From a virus (taxonomy: Duplodnaviria; Caudoviricetes): DNA of 64,000 nt. The stretch lies in the IMG/VR virus record IMGVR_UViG_2974670102_000001, positions 1-64,000 of that record; one strand, given 5' to 3'. Positions 43,277 to 53,402 of this stretch are shown piece after piece; position 1 is the stretch's first letter; every line of letters begins with the position of its first letter. The notes under the pieces were generated by a model. That model worked only from the letters and a program-made list of their open reading frames with translations. It was not told the origin of the DNA and did not search any database. The position numbers were made by a program, and so were the translations under genes.

Positions 43277-44170
43277 TTACGTTAAAATTGAGTTCTGCGA
43301 ATTGTTACGCGCCACAGAACCAAAATCCACCACGTTGTCCGAAAGTGCCGGTGCCCACGCCGGGTCCTTCACAATCGAACACTCAATCGGCTGAATTCCG
43401 TGAGCATTCAGGAATGCCAAATGAGTAGAGCCGTCGAAATCGCGATATTTCTTCCAGTTCACGTTTTTCGTGCCCGTGATGTGGCCACACGTGTGTCGCG
43501 TAGAGCACGAAGCCCCGCAATAACCGCACGTGAAATACTCGACAAGAGCACCCATCGAGTAGGTGTTGATTTCCTTCGTCAGCACTTTCTGCGCGACATC
43601 CGGATACTTGTTCTTGTCGATGGCCAGTAGCCCCATCACCTTCCACAGCTTCCCGTCACCGTAGCCCTCGACCTTGTGGAACGACGCATCGAGGATGATG
43701 CCGTACGCACGTTCGTGGACTTCGTTGTCGTGTTCTAGGTGGACTGGGCAACCCTTCCACGCCTTATACGACATGCGGTTCGTCGGGGGCGGCAGGAAAC
43801 GCGCGAGTTCATCGCGCGGAAACGCGATACCGTTTCGGTTCGGGATATCGGACGGACACACCAGCGTGTTGACGATGATGTAATCCTCGATGCGCGGGCT
43901 GATCTTGTAGGTTTGTGCTGCGAACGGAAGCCACGTTTCGTAGTCCAGACGAGATACCAATGTCTGGTCCTTCTCTGCGTCCATCGTTTCCTGTGCCACA
44001 CCCACGTTGTCACCACGCCCCGTGCGTATAGCCTCGTGCTGCGCTTCACCGGGATCGATCTCGGGTGCGTGGCGTGGATTCAAGTTCTCGATTTCGTGTG
44101 GAGTCGTAGTGGAGTCCGAACGAACCTGTTGGGGTTTCTTGCCCCATGCGCTTGGCATCATTGGTTTCAT
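43277..44170 (-). CDS. prohead maturation protease
   Basis: NRNG..F, G.PVHLEH, G.I.DA, I..YSMG (catalytic Ser), CGYC..C..C.H, E.S.V.DPA. Confidence 0.8.
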   Translation of the reverse strand: MKPMMPSAWGKKPQQVRSDSTTTPHEIENLNPRHAPEIDPGEAQHEAIRTGRGDNVGVAQETMDAEKDQTLVSRLDYETWLPFAAQTYKISPRIEDYIIVNTLVCPSDIPNRNGIAFPRDELARFLPPPTNRMSYKAWKGCPVHLEHDNEVHERAYGIILDASFHKVEGYGDGKLWKVMGLLAIDKNKYPDVAQKVLTKEINTYSMGALVEYFTCGYCGASCSTRHTCGHITGTKNVNWKKYRDFDGSTHLAFLNAHGIQPIECSIVKDPAWAPALSDNVVDFGSVARNNSQNSILT

Positions 44171-44179
44171 ACAGCCTCC

Positions 44180-44590
44180 TTACTTCGCGGCTGCGTAGAA
44201 CTCGGTGCCCGCAGTTGCAAACGTGAGGCGCAGCGCCGAGAACACCGGAATCGTAGCCATCGTGATTGCGCCCGTGCCCGGAACCGTCAACTCGCCTGCG
44301 GTGTCCCAGACAACAGATTCCTGTACAGCAGGGTCCGGGTCGGTTGCGAGACCTGCGTTCGAGAGTGTGAACGCCACTTTCACCGAACCGCCCTTGGCCT
44401 GAAACGCGAACCCCAGTTGGGGCAGTCGCGAATTCGAGGCCAGTTCGGACACCGAAACGTAGGCAACGTCACCGTCCGCTTGCGACGTGGCACCGAACCA
44501 ACCGATAACACCGTCTGGAACCGAAGCCGCGCCAATACCGCGCACACCGTTTCGATACGGTGCGTGATTACCTTGCAGTTTGACCGCCAT
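44180..44590 (-). CDS. putative virion structural protein
   Basis: 136 aa, beta-rich, RBS AAGGAG. Confidence 0.65.
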   Translation of the reverse strand: MAVKLQGNHAPYRNGVRGIGAASVPDGVIGWFGATSQADGDVAYVSVSELASNSRLPQLGFAFQAKGGSVKVAFTLSNAGLATDPDPAVQESVVWDTAGELTVPGTGAITMATIPVFSALRLTFATAGTEFYAAAK

Positions 44591-44600
44591 GATTCACTCC

Positions 44601-45128
44601 TTATGCTGCGTTGTGCTCGTCGCCTTCAGCAGTGGGTTCGTCAGCAGCTTCGTGCTGCTCTTGTGCCTGCTCCGCGCTCACGTCGTGGGCCGTTTCTGCC
44701 GTAGGTACGTCAGCAGCTTCGGTTTGTTCAGGAGCGTGCGTTTCTTCCGTCGCGTCTGCGCCAGCGCCCGCGTTCGCAGCCGGGTCAGCGTCTACAGCTT
44801 CGGGAGCCACGGCGTCAGCAGCCGGAGGCGCTTCGACAGGTGCAGGTGCCTCGACAGGCGCGGCCACGGGTGCCGGTGCTTCAGCCTCGATAGAGACCGG
44901 TGCAGCGACCGGCTCGGCGTCTGCGGCGGCCGGGTGACCCGGGAACGTGGTGGGCATGCGGCTCGGATACGCGAGACCGCCACCGACTTCGTGCGGCTGC
45001 ATGCCGAAGTACTTCAGCGCGAACATGTGGAGGTGATGGAAGTCCTCGGACAGCATGTGGACGCCTTCGGAAACCGCGAAACCTGCGTCGCGCAGGGCTT
45101 GTTTGATCTTTGCGTAGTCAAAGCTCAT
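44601..45128 (-). CDS. Ala/Pro/Glu-rich low-complexity protein
   Basis: 175 aa; (E/A)APAPV repeats; RBS AAGGGG. Confidence 0.7.
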   Translation of the reverse strand: MSFDYAKIKQALRDAGFAVSEGVHMLSEDFHHLHMFALKYFGMQPHEVGGGLAYPSRMPTTFPGHPAAADAEPVAAPVSIEAEAPAPVAAPVEAPAPVEAPPAADAVAPEAVDADPAANAGAGADATEETHAPEQTEAADVPTAETAHDVSAEQAQEQHEAADEPTAEGDEHNAA

Positions 45129-45146
45129 GGGCTTTTCCCCTTAGAA

Positions 45147-45183
45147 AATGAAAAAACGGCAGACAAGTTTCCCTGTCTGCCGT
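45147..45183 (-). terminator. hairpin with U-tract downstream of the SNF2 gene
   Basis: ACGGCAGACA-N8-TGTCTGCCGT-TTTTT. Confidence 0.6.
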
Positions 45184-45205
45184 CATGAAATTGCTGATTG
45201 TGTGG

Positions 45206-48200
45206 TCAGCTTAGCACTCGAACTTTCAATGCTTTCATCTTCTTGAACTGCCCGTTGAGGGTGGCCGCATTTTGCACCGTAACCCCCATTTCCTTCAATT
45301 TTCGTGCAGTTTCGCGTATTTCTGCGATTGTGCCGAACCTGATCAGGCGTGCTGGGTGTACCTTCCACTCAGCCTTTTGCTTCGTTTTCCTCACCGCATT
45401 TTTCGTTCCCGGTTGGCCCGAGCCGCGCGGCAACATCAGGTACGCCTTCCCGTTTTCGAACACCGGGTACGGAGTGATCTGCGTGTCGTCGGCGCTGGCC
45501 ACGTGCTGTGTCACGTAGAAGTTCGGAAGTTTGGCCGAAGCCGCTGCCTTGATCCGATCCTGCGTGCCCGACTTCGCAACCAACTCATCGTGGAATCCAC
45601 CGAACCAGCGTTGTGCACCAGCCTTCATGAACTTCTTCGGGTGCCCGATACCAGCATCAGCCCACGCGTTCAGGATCGAGACGAAATGCTTAGGACCCTT
45701 GAGCGCGGCACGCGTCGACGCCGGGGCGGCCCGGAAGCCAGCAGCCTGCAACGTCTGGACCACCGTCATGTTTTCCATGTCACCGTCGTACATCAACCCA
45801 GCGTACCCGTTGTGGTCGACGAGACTCAGCTTCATGGTCAGAGCCTTCTTGCGCGCGCGGTCACGAGTGCGCTGCTCACGTGCCTGTCTACGCAGTTCCT
45901 TGACCTTCTGGGCCTTCGATTGCGCTCGGCTCAGCGTGTATCCAGCAGCCTGTACGTTACCTACGTTCACGAGGCGGAAACCCTTGACCTCGGCCATGCG
46001 CTCCCGGATCGTCTTGCCTTCCACCATGTCCTCAACCAAGAACGTGCTGGCCTTGCGCACACGAACCGAGAATCCAGAGTTCAGACGAACCGTCAAATGT
46101 TTGGCACGAGCGCCACACCTGACGATTTCACCTTCCCCGAATTCGGTGTGTACTGCGCGGCCCTTCAATCCGGACAGCGCGGCGTCCACTGCGTCATCCA
46201 GCGACTCGGCCCCGTCGTCGGCTGTAGCGTAGTCGTCCTCCACCTGATTCAGGTGATCGTCGATTCGCACCAGCCCGAGTTCGGCCATTGCTACCACGTT
46301 CGAACCCGGTGAGTACGGAACCAGTGACATGAAGCCCACATCCTTCGGTGCAGGTGCCACTGGAATTCGACGCATAGACGGCGCAGTTCCATACTTCTTG
46401 ACGTACGCCTGTCGATACTGCTCGTAGTCCTCGTCGCGCACACGCTCAAAAGCCGATAGCGCCTTTGCGTACTCCATCAGGCCCGGCCGATCTTCGCTGA
46501 CGAACTCCCACGTGTTGAACGAGAGAATCGAGTCAAGCGACATCTTGATCACCGGCACAGTCGGAAGTTCGGAGTACAGCGGATTGTCCGCGTTCTCGAA
46601 CTGAGCAACGCTGATCACCTTCGAGATCAGACGCGCAGCCTTCGTCACGTCGATGGTCTTGTTGACGGTGAACGAATCGAAGAACACGAACTCCCGACGA
46701 TCCTCCGACTTCAGTTCCGGTCGGTTGGCGCGGCTGTTACCCTGTTCGAGAGTACCCGGACTCCACACGACTTCGGATCGGCAGATGCGCGACACGAACT
46801 GGAAGTTGAGACCTTCGTTCATCGAGACCTCGACACCCACCATCCAGCGGATGCGTGCCATCTTCTCGAAGCGTCGGCCATGCTCCATCTTGTTCTCGGC
46901 CTTATAGAGCATCCCGCATTCGCGTAGCTCCGGGGGCGCAAGACGCCAGACTTCCTCAGCCGATATCACGTTGTTCGTGAACACCAGCACCTTGCCGTCA
47001 AACGGGCCGTACGGTGCCTTCTTCCCGGTCTCCGGATCGATGGCCTCACCGCCAAACAGGTGAGCGGCCACACGCTTCAGAATCATCTTGACCTTCGGGC
47101 TGTCGCGATCTGCTCCGTGGAGAAGTTGGGAACCCAAAGGATCGTGACCCGGTGCCATCAGGAACTGTTCAAGCCGGGCCAGATACGGGCGCAGGAGCGA
47201 CGCCAAGTCGTTGCCTGCATCTTCGTCGTGTTCGTCGTCGCCTTCCTCCTGATCTTCCACGTCGGCGCGCATGGCCTTGCGATCATGGCGGCCTAGAAAT
47301 CGCGACAGTTCGGAGTTCTCACGAGCCGCCTCTTCGATCTTCTGGATCGTTTCTTCCAGAATGGAGTCGTACACAGCCTGTTGGTTCGGGGTCAATTCGC
47401 AACCGCCGATCCACTCACGCTTCGTCGGTAGGAACGCGGCCCACTCTTTCCGCATTGCGCCCGCAACAACCACACGCTGCTTGATCTTGCGCATGATCTG
47501 CTCTTGTGCTCCGGGCTTCCAGAGCTTGACGCGGCCACCGCTCACCTCTTCACCGTACTTGGCATTGAACTCGTCACGAGTCCCGAACAGCGTGGGGTCC
47601 ATCGACGCCACCTGCATTGCCATGTCACTCGGGCTATCGTGTGCCATCGTGCCAGACGCCAGCCGAATCTTCGGGATATCGGTGATCAGGCACATGGACG
47701 CAAACGTCCGGGCCGTGTCGTTCTTCACGCGGTGACTCTCGTCGAGACCTGCATAGCAGAAACGGAACTGGCGCAGAAAGTCGATGATCGGGTACACGAC
47801 AACCGGCGTCGTCCCGTAGCACACGTTGTACTGACGGTAGCGCAGCGCATCGTAGTCACACACGACCACGGTGTTGCGGGGTGCGCTCTCCAACATCTTC
47901 TGCAAGCGCTCCAGTCCGTGCACCCGAATGTTCTCCATCGAGATCGGAATCACGTTCATCTGGCCGCCCGTGAAGTACAGCATTTCGTTCACGTAGTTGG
48001 CCAACAGGTGACCCGGACATAGCACGACGTACGGAGCGTACCGGTTGTGCAGAATCTCGATCAGGATGTCGGTGATCAGCAGCAACGATTTGCCACCGCC
48101 CGCCTGAACCGGAAGCAGTGCGAACAACGGGGATTCACGCAGGATGTTCCGAATTTTGAACTGGTGAGGCAACAGCCCAACCTTTCGCAATTCGTCGAGA

Positions 48201-49810
48201 AGCGGGATCGCCTCGATCTGCCACTCCGGGTCTTCCCCCTGAGTGATCGCGGCGTTGCGCAGGCGCACGTCCTCAGCGCGCAGTTCAGCCAAGCGCGGCC
48301 CGTACTCGGCTACCATGATCAGCCACGGCATCAACTCGCTCACCGTCCTCACCGAGTATTCGGTGTACACGGCTTCGAGGTTCTTGCTGATGGCCGCACG
48401 AATGGCCTTGAAGTAACGGGCGAGCGGACGGAACGCGGAGAACCCGGTCTCCAGAATATGCGCCCAATACACGTCGTCGACGAACTGCGGATCGTATTCG
48501 AATGCATCTGCCGCATACTGGAACCACTCGACCGGATTCGTCATGGTCTTGAGCGTGCCACGCAGTACAGCGTTCTTCACGTCTGCCAGATCAGACTCGG
48601 CTGGATTGAAGGCTTGAGCCGAAGTGACCCCAACCTTTTCTCCCATGGCCACCAGCAACTCAATCTGGCGCACCTGAACACGGCGCTCTTCCATGAGCAC
48701 GCGGATGTGCGGAACCTCAGCGGCCCGGTGACGGGTTAGATCGGTGACCTGAAGATGGCCCAGCGCTCCGGTGTACGCGTACTTGTTGTTCACCCAGTCG
48801 ACGAGCACCGGCACGTTCTTCGGGAGCTTGGCCTTCGGCTCGTGCCCAGCACGATGGGCCTCAGCACCCTCCGTCAGATCGATCAGGGCGTATGCCCCGT
48901 CGGCGCGCGTGCCTGCCTGCTTGTACCGTTCCTCATAGTCGATGACCTGCGCCAGCGGTATGGACTTCGGGATGAAGTAGGGCTTGCCGTTCGGGCCGAT
49001 AGACAGCAGGTGTTCGTTGACGCGTGCGCTCTCTACGTGCGAAGCAGGAAGCGTGTGCGCGATCTTCGAGATCGGGAACGCGGCCACCGGGGTCGTGCCG
49101 CGCTCACCAAAGGCGTCGCCTACCCACTGATGAAGCATCGGGTAGATGTCGATCTCACGCAGCGACGCCCATTCGGTAGTCGTCATCTGCTGAGCTTCGG
49201 CTTTCGTGATCCGGAAGTCGAGGAATGCGACTGCGAGACTGCCCTTCGTGGAGATTCGAAGCCGGTACAGGCATTGACGAATTTGGGCAGCGATAGGCTC
49301 CGGAACGTGGTGAGCCTCGCGCAGCACGCGGTCGACGGGCCACACGAGATCGGGCTGCTCGGGCGTCCGCGCCTCCAACATGGCGCGCAGACGTTCAATG
49401 TCCGCCGTATGCGCCACGGTCGCGCGCGGAGGCTCCCCATCACGCGAACGTCGGATGAAGTTTTCGAAGAGGAATCGGAATCCGGATTCCGGGGCCGCCA
49501 CCGGAAATGCGTAGACGGGCACCGCACACTCGACGTAGCCGAGTTCACGTTGCACCTTGACGCGCAGGTAGTTTGCGTTGACTGCACGGCCCGGAATCTC
49601 AACGAGGTGCATCTTGCGCTTGCCCTTCCCGAATTCAGGGTCGCGGGCAACGCTAGGAAACAGGGTGTTGGCCCAGAGCTTGGTGACGAACACCGTGGGC
49701 GAGCCGGTGTACCGCTTCGTGTACATGCACATGAAACGGGACTTCAGAGCCTTGCGATCCAGCGCCAAGTGCTCGGGTACAACGAGGTTGGTTGTTGGTC
49801 TGAGTGCCAT
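45206..49810 (-). CDS. large SNF2/SWI2-family SF2 ATPase
   Basis: 1534 aa; LLPHQ (Q), AGGGKS (I), DESH (II), SGT (III), EGLNFQ (V), W.PG..EQ..SR..R (VI). Confidence 0.85.
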   Translation of the reverse strand: MALRPTTNLVVPEHLALDRKALKSRFMCMYTKRYTGSPTVFVTKLWANTLFPSVARDPEFGKGKRKMHLVEIPGRAVNANYLRVKVQRELGYVECAVPVYAFPVAAPESGFRFLFENFIRRSRDGEPPRATVAHTADIERLRAMLEARTPEQPDLVWPVDRVLREAHHVPEPIAAQIRQCLYRLRISTKGSLAVAFLDFRITKAEAQQMTTTEWASLREIDIYPMLHQWVGDAFGERGTTPVAAFPISKIAHTLPASHVESARVNEHLLSIGPNGKPYFIPKSIPLAQVIDYEERYKQAGTRADGAYALIDLTEGAEAHRAGHEPKAKLPKNVPVLVDWVNNKYAYTGALGHLQVTDLTRHRAAEVPHIRVLMEERRVQVRQIELLVAMGEKVGVTSAQAFNPAESDLADVKNAVLRGTLKTMTNPVEWFQYAADAFEYDPQFVDDVYWAHILETGFSAFRPLARYFKAIRAAISKNLEAVYTEYSVRTVSELMPWLIMVAEYGPRLAELRAEDVRLRNAAITQGEDPEWQIEAIPLLDELRKVGLLPHQFKIRNILRESPLFALLPVQAGGGKSLLLITDILIEILHNRYAPYVVLCPGHLLANYVNEMLYFTGGQMNVIPISMENIRVHGLERLQKMLESAPRNTVVVCDYDALRYRQYNVCYGTTPVVVYPIIDFLRQFRFCYAGLDESHRVKNDTARTFASMCLITDIPKIRLASGTMAHDSPSDMAMQVASMDPTLFGTRDEFNAKYGEEVSGGRVKLWKPGAQEQIMRKIKQRVVVAGAMRKEWAAFLPTKREWIGGCELTPNQQAVYDSILEETIQKIEEAARENSELSRFLGRHDRKAMRADVEDQEEGDDEHDEDAGNDLASLLRPYLARLEQFLMAPGHDPLGSQLLHGADRDSPKVKMILKRVAAHLFGGEAIDPETGKKAPYGPFDGKVLVFTNNVISAEEVWRLAPPELRECGMLYKAENKMEHGRRFEKMARIRWMVGVEVSMNEGLNFQFVSRICRSEVVWSPGTLEQGNSRANRPELKSEDRREFVFFDSFTVNKTIDVTKAARLISKVISVAQFENADNPLYSELPTVPVIKMSLDSILSFNTWEFVSEDRPGLMEYAKALSAFERVRDEDYEQYRQAYVKKYGTAPSMRRIPVAPAPKDVGFMSLVPYSPGSNVVAMAELGLVRIDDHLNQVEDDYATADDGAESLDDAVDAALSGLKGRAVHTEFGEGEIVRCGARAKHLTVRLNSGFSVRVRKASTFLVEDMVEGKTIRERMAEVKGFRLVNVGNVQAAGYTLSRAQSKAQKVKELRRQAREQRTRDRARKKALTMKLSLVDHNGYAGLMYDGDMENMTVVQTLQAAGFRAAPASTRAALKGPKHFVSILNAWADAGIGHPKKFMKAGAQRWFGGFHDELVAKSGTQDRIKAAASAKLPNFYVTQHVASADDTQITPYPVFENGKAYLMLPRGSGQPGTKNAVRKTKQKAEWKVHPARLIRFGTIAEIRETARKLKEMGVTVQNAATLNGQFKKMKALKVRVLS

Positions 49811-49902
49811 TCGAGTCCTATCTAAAACGAGAAAGGCCCCGATAACCTTCGCTATCGGGGCTATTCCTGCAAGTCTACCACAGGTCTGATCTATTTACTA
49901 CA

Positions 49903-50610
49903 TCAGACCGGGTGCTTTGTTGCGGCCTTGAATCGAATGGCCTTGAAGTGTGGCGTCCACAACACACGCTTTACGAAGTCTTCGAGTTCGGCGCGGCTTG
50001 GCATGTGGTTGGTCGGAAGATCGGGGAACGAGTGCACCACGATCTCGTAGCCAATATGCCACGAACGCGGCCCCTTATCGGGCGCTGCCTGCACGTAGAC
50101 CATGAGCCCCTGACCTAGGTCACGAACGTGTTTCTGGCCACGCCCAGCCGGGCTGAAACGCGGGTCCGGAGCCTGCCGAATCCATTGATCGAACGACGGA
50201 TCGCTAACCTCGACCAGTGCGTCGACGCATAGGATGAAGCCGTCGTCCGTCATGTGGACTTCGGTCGTCACCTTCTTTGTCAGCACATCGTCGAAAAGTC
50301 CGACACGATCCACAAACCTTGCGAGTTCGAGACGACGTTGACGCAATTCGTTTGAGATCGAATCGTTACGCGCCTGATGCACGTTCTGGAACGGATAGAC
50401 ACCACGGTCAGCGCACATCGTGACGTAGCGCGAGATACATTGCGCCCAGTCCTGTCGTGTGCTGCCCATGGGCTTCAGCTTCTCGACGGCCGCGATCCAC
50501 ACGCTCTTGTTGTTCGGGTTGAGCGAACGCGGGAACACTGTGGGGCTAGGTTCCCGTGCCTGCTCTTTCGGGTCAATGCCCAAGTGTGAGAGAAACGGGT
50601 AGTCCTTCAT
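49903..50610 (-). CDS. hypothetical late protein
   Basis: Start re-called at MKDYPFL, 1 nt after the upstream stop. Confidence 0.7.
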   Translation of the reverse strand: MKDYPFLSHLGIDPKEQAREPSPTVFPRSLNPNNKSVWIAAVEKLKPMGSTRQDWAQCISRYVTMCADRGVYPFQNVHQARNDSISNELRQRRLELARFVDRVGLFDDVLTKKVTTEVHMTDDGFILCVDALVEVSDPSFDQWIRQAPDPRFSPAGRGQKHVRDLGQGLMVYVQAAPDKGPRSWHIGYEIVVHSFPDLPTNHMPSRAELEDFVKRVLWTPHFKAIRFKAATKHPV

Positions 50611-50611
50611 G

Positions 50612-51064
50612 TTACTGGCCCATGAGGCGACGTGCCGCCGAGATCGCGATGCTGTTGTCCGCGACGGCTGCGGTAACGGAAGCCAGTTGCACGTCGTCAC
50701 GTTCGAGTTGCTGTTCGTGGCTCGGCGTGTCGAAGCCGCCGTCATCGTACAGGTCTGCCTGATCGCGCGCGTCACCTGCCCCCATGTTCGGCGCGCTGTC
50801 ATTGAGGGCAACCCGATCCGGGCTCGTGGTGCCGGGATCGTAGTCATCGACCAGCACCTCTTGGTCCTTCGACAGCGGAGCCGCCTGCTGCTCCAGCGGC
50901 TGGCCGCTCTCTTGCTGCCCGAGCATGCGGTAGCTGATGGCTTCCAGCGTCTCGTGGTCGACGCCCACCGATTCAGCCAGCATGTGGAACTGCTGATCGC
51001 TCGGCTGCGGGTTGATCTGGAGGAAGAGTTCGATCAGCGCTTCCAGAATTTGCGGATTCTTCAT
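50612..51064 (-). CDS. acidic late protein with C-terminal ISAARRL
   Basis: 150 aa, RBS AAGGA; NP.PSD.Q.H.LAES.G.D motif. Confidence 0.75.
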   Translation of the reverse strand: MKNPQILEALIELFLQINPQPSDQQFHMLAESVGVDHETLEAISYRMLGQQESGQPLEQQAAPLSKDQEVLVDDYDPGTTSPDRVALNDSAPNMGAGDARDQADLYDDGGFDTPSHEQQLERDDVQLASVTAAVADNSIAISAARRLMGQ

Positions 51065-51073
51065 GTGTAGTCC

Positions 51074-51391
51074 TTAACCGCGACGTGCGCGGTGCAAGTG
51101 GTTATGTCGCTTGTCGTGGCAACCTTGGCAGAGGCTGATGAGATTGGCCGGAGAGTTCGTGCCTCCCGACGACAGGGGCACCAGATGATGCACCTCGTTT
51201 GCCGGTTTCTTGCACTGCTTTCCTCCGATAAGGGCACGGCAGAGACCACCGTCTCTCGCGATGATCTTGGCCCTGATCTCCCACCAACCCGCTTTCGTCT
51301 GCATCCCGTTGACGGTGTTGTAGTTCTCGCGTCGGATTGACCCGACACCAGAACTGCCACGACGTGCGCTCCTGATTCGGCGTGCGAACAT
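51074..51391 (-). CDS. HNH endonuclease
   Basis: W..IR..I..RD...C...C...EVHH..P.S.GG.N...NL..LC..CH...H. Confidence 0.85.
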   Translation of the reverse strand: MFARRIRSARRGSSGVGSIRRENYNTVNGMQTKAGWWEIRAKIIARDGGLCRALIGGKQCKKPANEVHHLVPLSSGGTNSPANLISLCQGCHDKRHNHLHRARRG

Positions 51392-51786
51392 TATGCGCTG
51401 AAGAAGATGCGCAGGTCTTTGCCGATGCGCTGGATCACGATGCGGTGCTGGCCCTTGCACGAGAAGTTCGGGCGCGAGAGAACACCCTTGTGCACCATCA
51501 TCTTGTACCCCATCTTGTTCAGGATGTTGATGGTAGCCTGCGCTTCGTCCTCGATTTCGAGCGGATTGCTCTTGTGGAAAAGATGGTTCCTGCCCATCGA
51601 GTAGCGCAAGCGATTGCTGCCGAGAGTGGTGCGCACGTGTTCGAGTTCGTGATCACGTGCGGTGTCAAACTTGCCATCGACCTCGACATCTGCTGCGACA
51701 GGAGTTTCGTGGCCCGGTGCCAAATGCTCGGCGCGGGGTTCGGGTGCTGTCGCGAGCAATCGCTTTGCTGCTTCTACTGCAAACAT
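51391..51786 (-). CDS. late protein with N-terminal EAAKRLL
   Basis: 131 aa, RBS AGGAG. Confidence 0.7.
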   Translation of the reverse strand: MFAVEAAKRLLATAPEPRAEHLAPGHETPVAADVEVDGKFDTARDHELEHVRTTLGSNRLRYSMGRNHLFHKSNPLEIEDEAQATINILNKMGYKMMVHKGVLSRPNFSCKGQHRIVIQRIGKDLRIFFSA

Positions 51787-51848
51787 ATTATCTCCTGAGA
51801 TTAATGCAGTTTGGGGGCACTAGGCCCCCGGTACTACTTAAATTGCGG

Positions 51849-53402
51849 TCAGTAGCTGTTGGCCACCACAGCACCACGGGCCACGCCGTAGGCCGGTGAG
51901 AAGCGACCCCACGCGGAAGCCGGAGTGATGGTCACGCCGACTGCGCCGATAGCCCCCTGCGCCAACCGAGTCGGGTCCTGAGAACCGTCGCCGCTCGTCT
52001 GCCCCTTGATGATGAGGTTGATCTTGATGTCACGCAACTCGTTGTCAAGGCGCTGCTGGATGATGCGTTGGGCCTCGTCCAGATAACGCGTACGATCCAC
52101 GCTCAACGAGATCGCAGCGCCTTGGAAGTCGAACGCCTTCTCGCCCTCAGCCAGAAACTGCGATTGAAGCGCCGCCATTTCGGCTTCCAGCAACCAGAAC
52201 TCACGAATCACACCACGAGCATTCGTCATCGTGAAGTTCGTGAACTTGCCGTACGCACCGTTGAACGCGTCCATGCCGCGTCGCAGCCACGTCAGGATCG
52301 TGGGGTGCGGATACAGCAGGTCGGGCGTCCCATAGAGCGTCGTGCGTGCCTTGTTGATCTTGGCCTTTACGTCCGTGATCGCGGTCATGATGCTGGGGTT
52401 GATGATCCAGAGGTCTGCCGACTCCTGAACCACGTTCGCTGCGTTGTTGCTCGCCCAGTATTTCCAGACCACGGTGTACGGGATCAGGGTGACTGCGAAG
52501 TCCGAAGTCGACACCACACCCGAGAACACGTAGCCGTTTGCCGTTCGTTCGTAGTCGGTGATCGGGGTCTGGGCCGCGACTTGATTGCCGTCGATCCAGA
52601 TTTCCAGAGTCACGTTGTCGTACGGCTTGTCGACGCAGATGCTGAGTGTCGCGGGCACGCCCTTCAACTCGACCTGCGGCTGCGTGCCCAGCGGCACCGT
52701 GTTGAGGCCGACGACACGCACGTTCTCGAACTGATAGAACCGATTCTGGCCCGGCGTGCCGGTCAGTGGATCAGCGCCTATGCCGATGTCCTGCGGAAGT
52801 TCCAGCGTGTAGCGAAGCTGATACTTCTGGCCTTCCAGCGACGGGGGAACCGTTGTCGGAATCGAGACCACGGACTGGGCGACCACCATGTGCGACAGGC
52901 CGTCGCTCTGGACCGTGTACGAGAACGCGTTACCTGCGGCGTACACGGTGCCATCTGCGGCCAACAGTTCCCAGACGACAAATCCGCCCGTAGGATCGGT
53001 CTCAGCCGGGAACGTATAGACGGAGGTTGCGATAGCCGCGTTCCCGGCCTCGATGGTGTCCACGAGGTCGGTGAATGCTTCAGGGTTCTCCGTCTTGTAC
53101 GGAACGAACGACGGGTCTTTGGCAGTGATCGCACACACCACAACGAACGTGCGTGCCTGTGTCGTGACCGTGAGGTTGACGCCGTAGCTAACACCGTCTC
53201 GGCCCCCCTGCGTCAGCAGCACAACCTTCGGGTTAGTCGGGTCCGACGTTAGTGTGGCGGTCAGCGCCGGGTTTGTGCCCGGTTCCGGTGTGCCGACCAA
53301 CACGTTGGTCAACGTCTCGCCCGGGTCCAGCAGGGGCGAAATGTCGACGTTGATCGACGTGTCGGTTTCGGGCACTTTGAAGAATACAAAGCGCCCGTCC
53401 AT
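51849..53402 (-). CDS. putative neck/head-tail connector protein with N-terminal Ig-like domains
   Basis: 517 aa; C-terminal F.F.G..ISLSVDR...L helical adaptor-like region. Confidence 0.55.
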   Translation of the reverse strand: MDGRFVFFKVPETDTSINVDISPLLDPGETLTNVLVGTPEPGTNPALTATLTSDPTNPKVVLLTQGGRDGVSYGVNLTVTTQARTFVVVCAITAKDPSFVPYKTENPEAFTDLVDTIEAGNAAIATSVYTFPAETDPTGGFVVWELLAADGTVYAAGNAFSYTVQSDGLSHMVVAQSVVSIPTTVPPSLEGQKYQLRYTLELPQDIGIGADPLTGTPGQNRFYQFENVRVVGLNTVPLGTQPQVELKGVPATLSICVDKPYDNVTLEIWIDGNQVAAQTPITDYERTANGYVFSGVVSTSDFAVTLIPYTVVWKYWASNNAANVVQESADLWIINPSIMTAITDVKAKINKARTTLYGTPDLLYPHPTILTWLRRGMDAFNGAYGKFTNFTMTNARGVIREFWLLEAEMAALQSQFLAEGEKAFDFQGAAISLSVDRTRYLDEAQRIIQQRLDNELRDIKINLIIKGQTSGDGSQDPTRLAQGAIGAVGVTITPASAWGRFSPAYGVARGAVVANSY

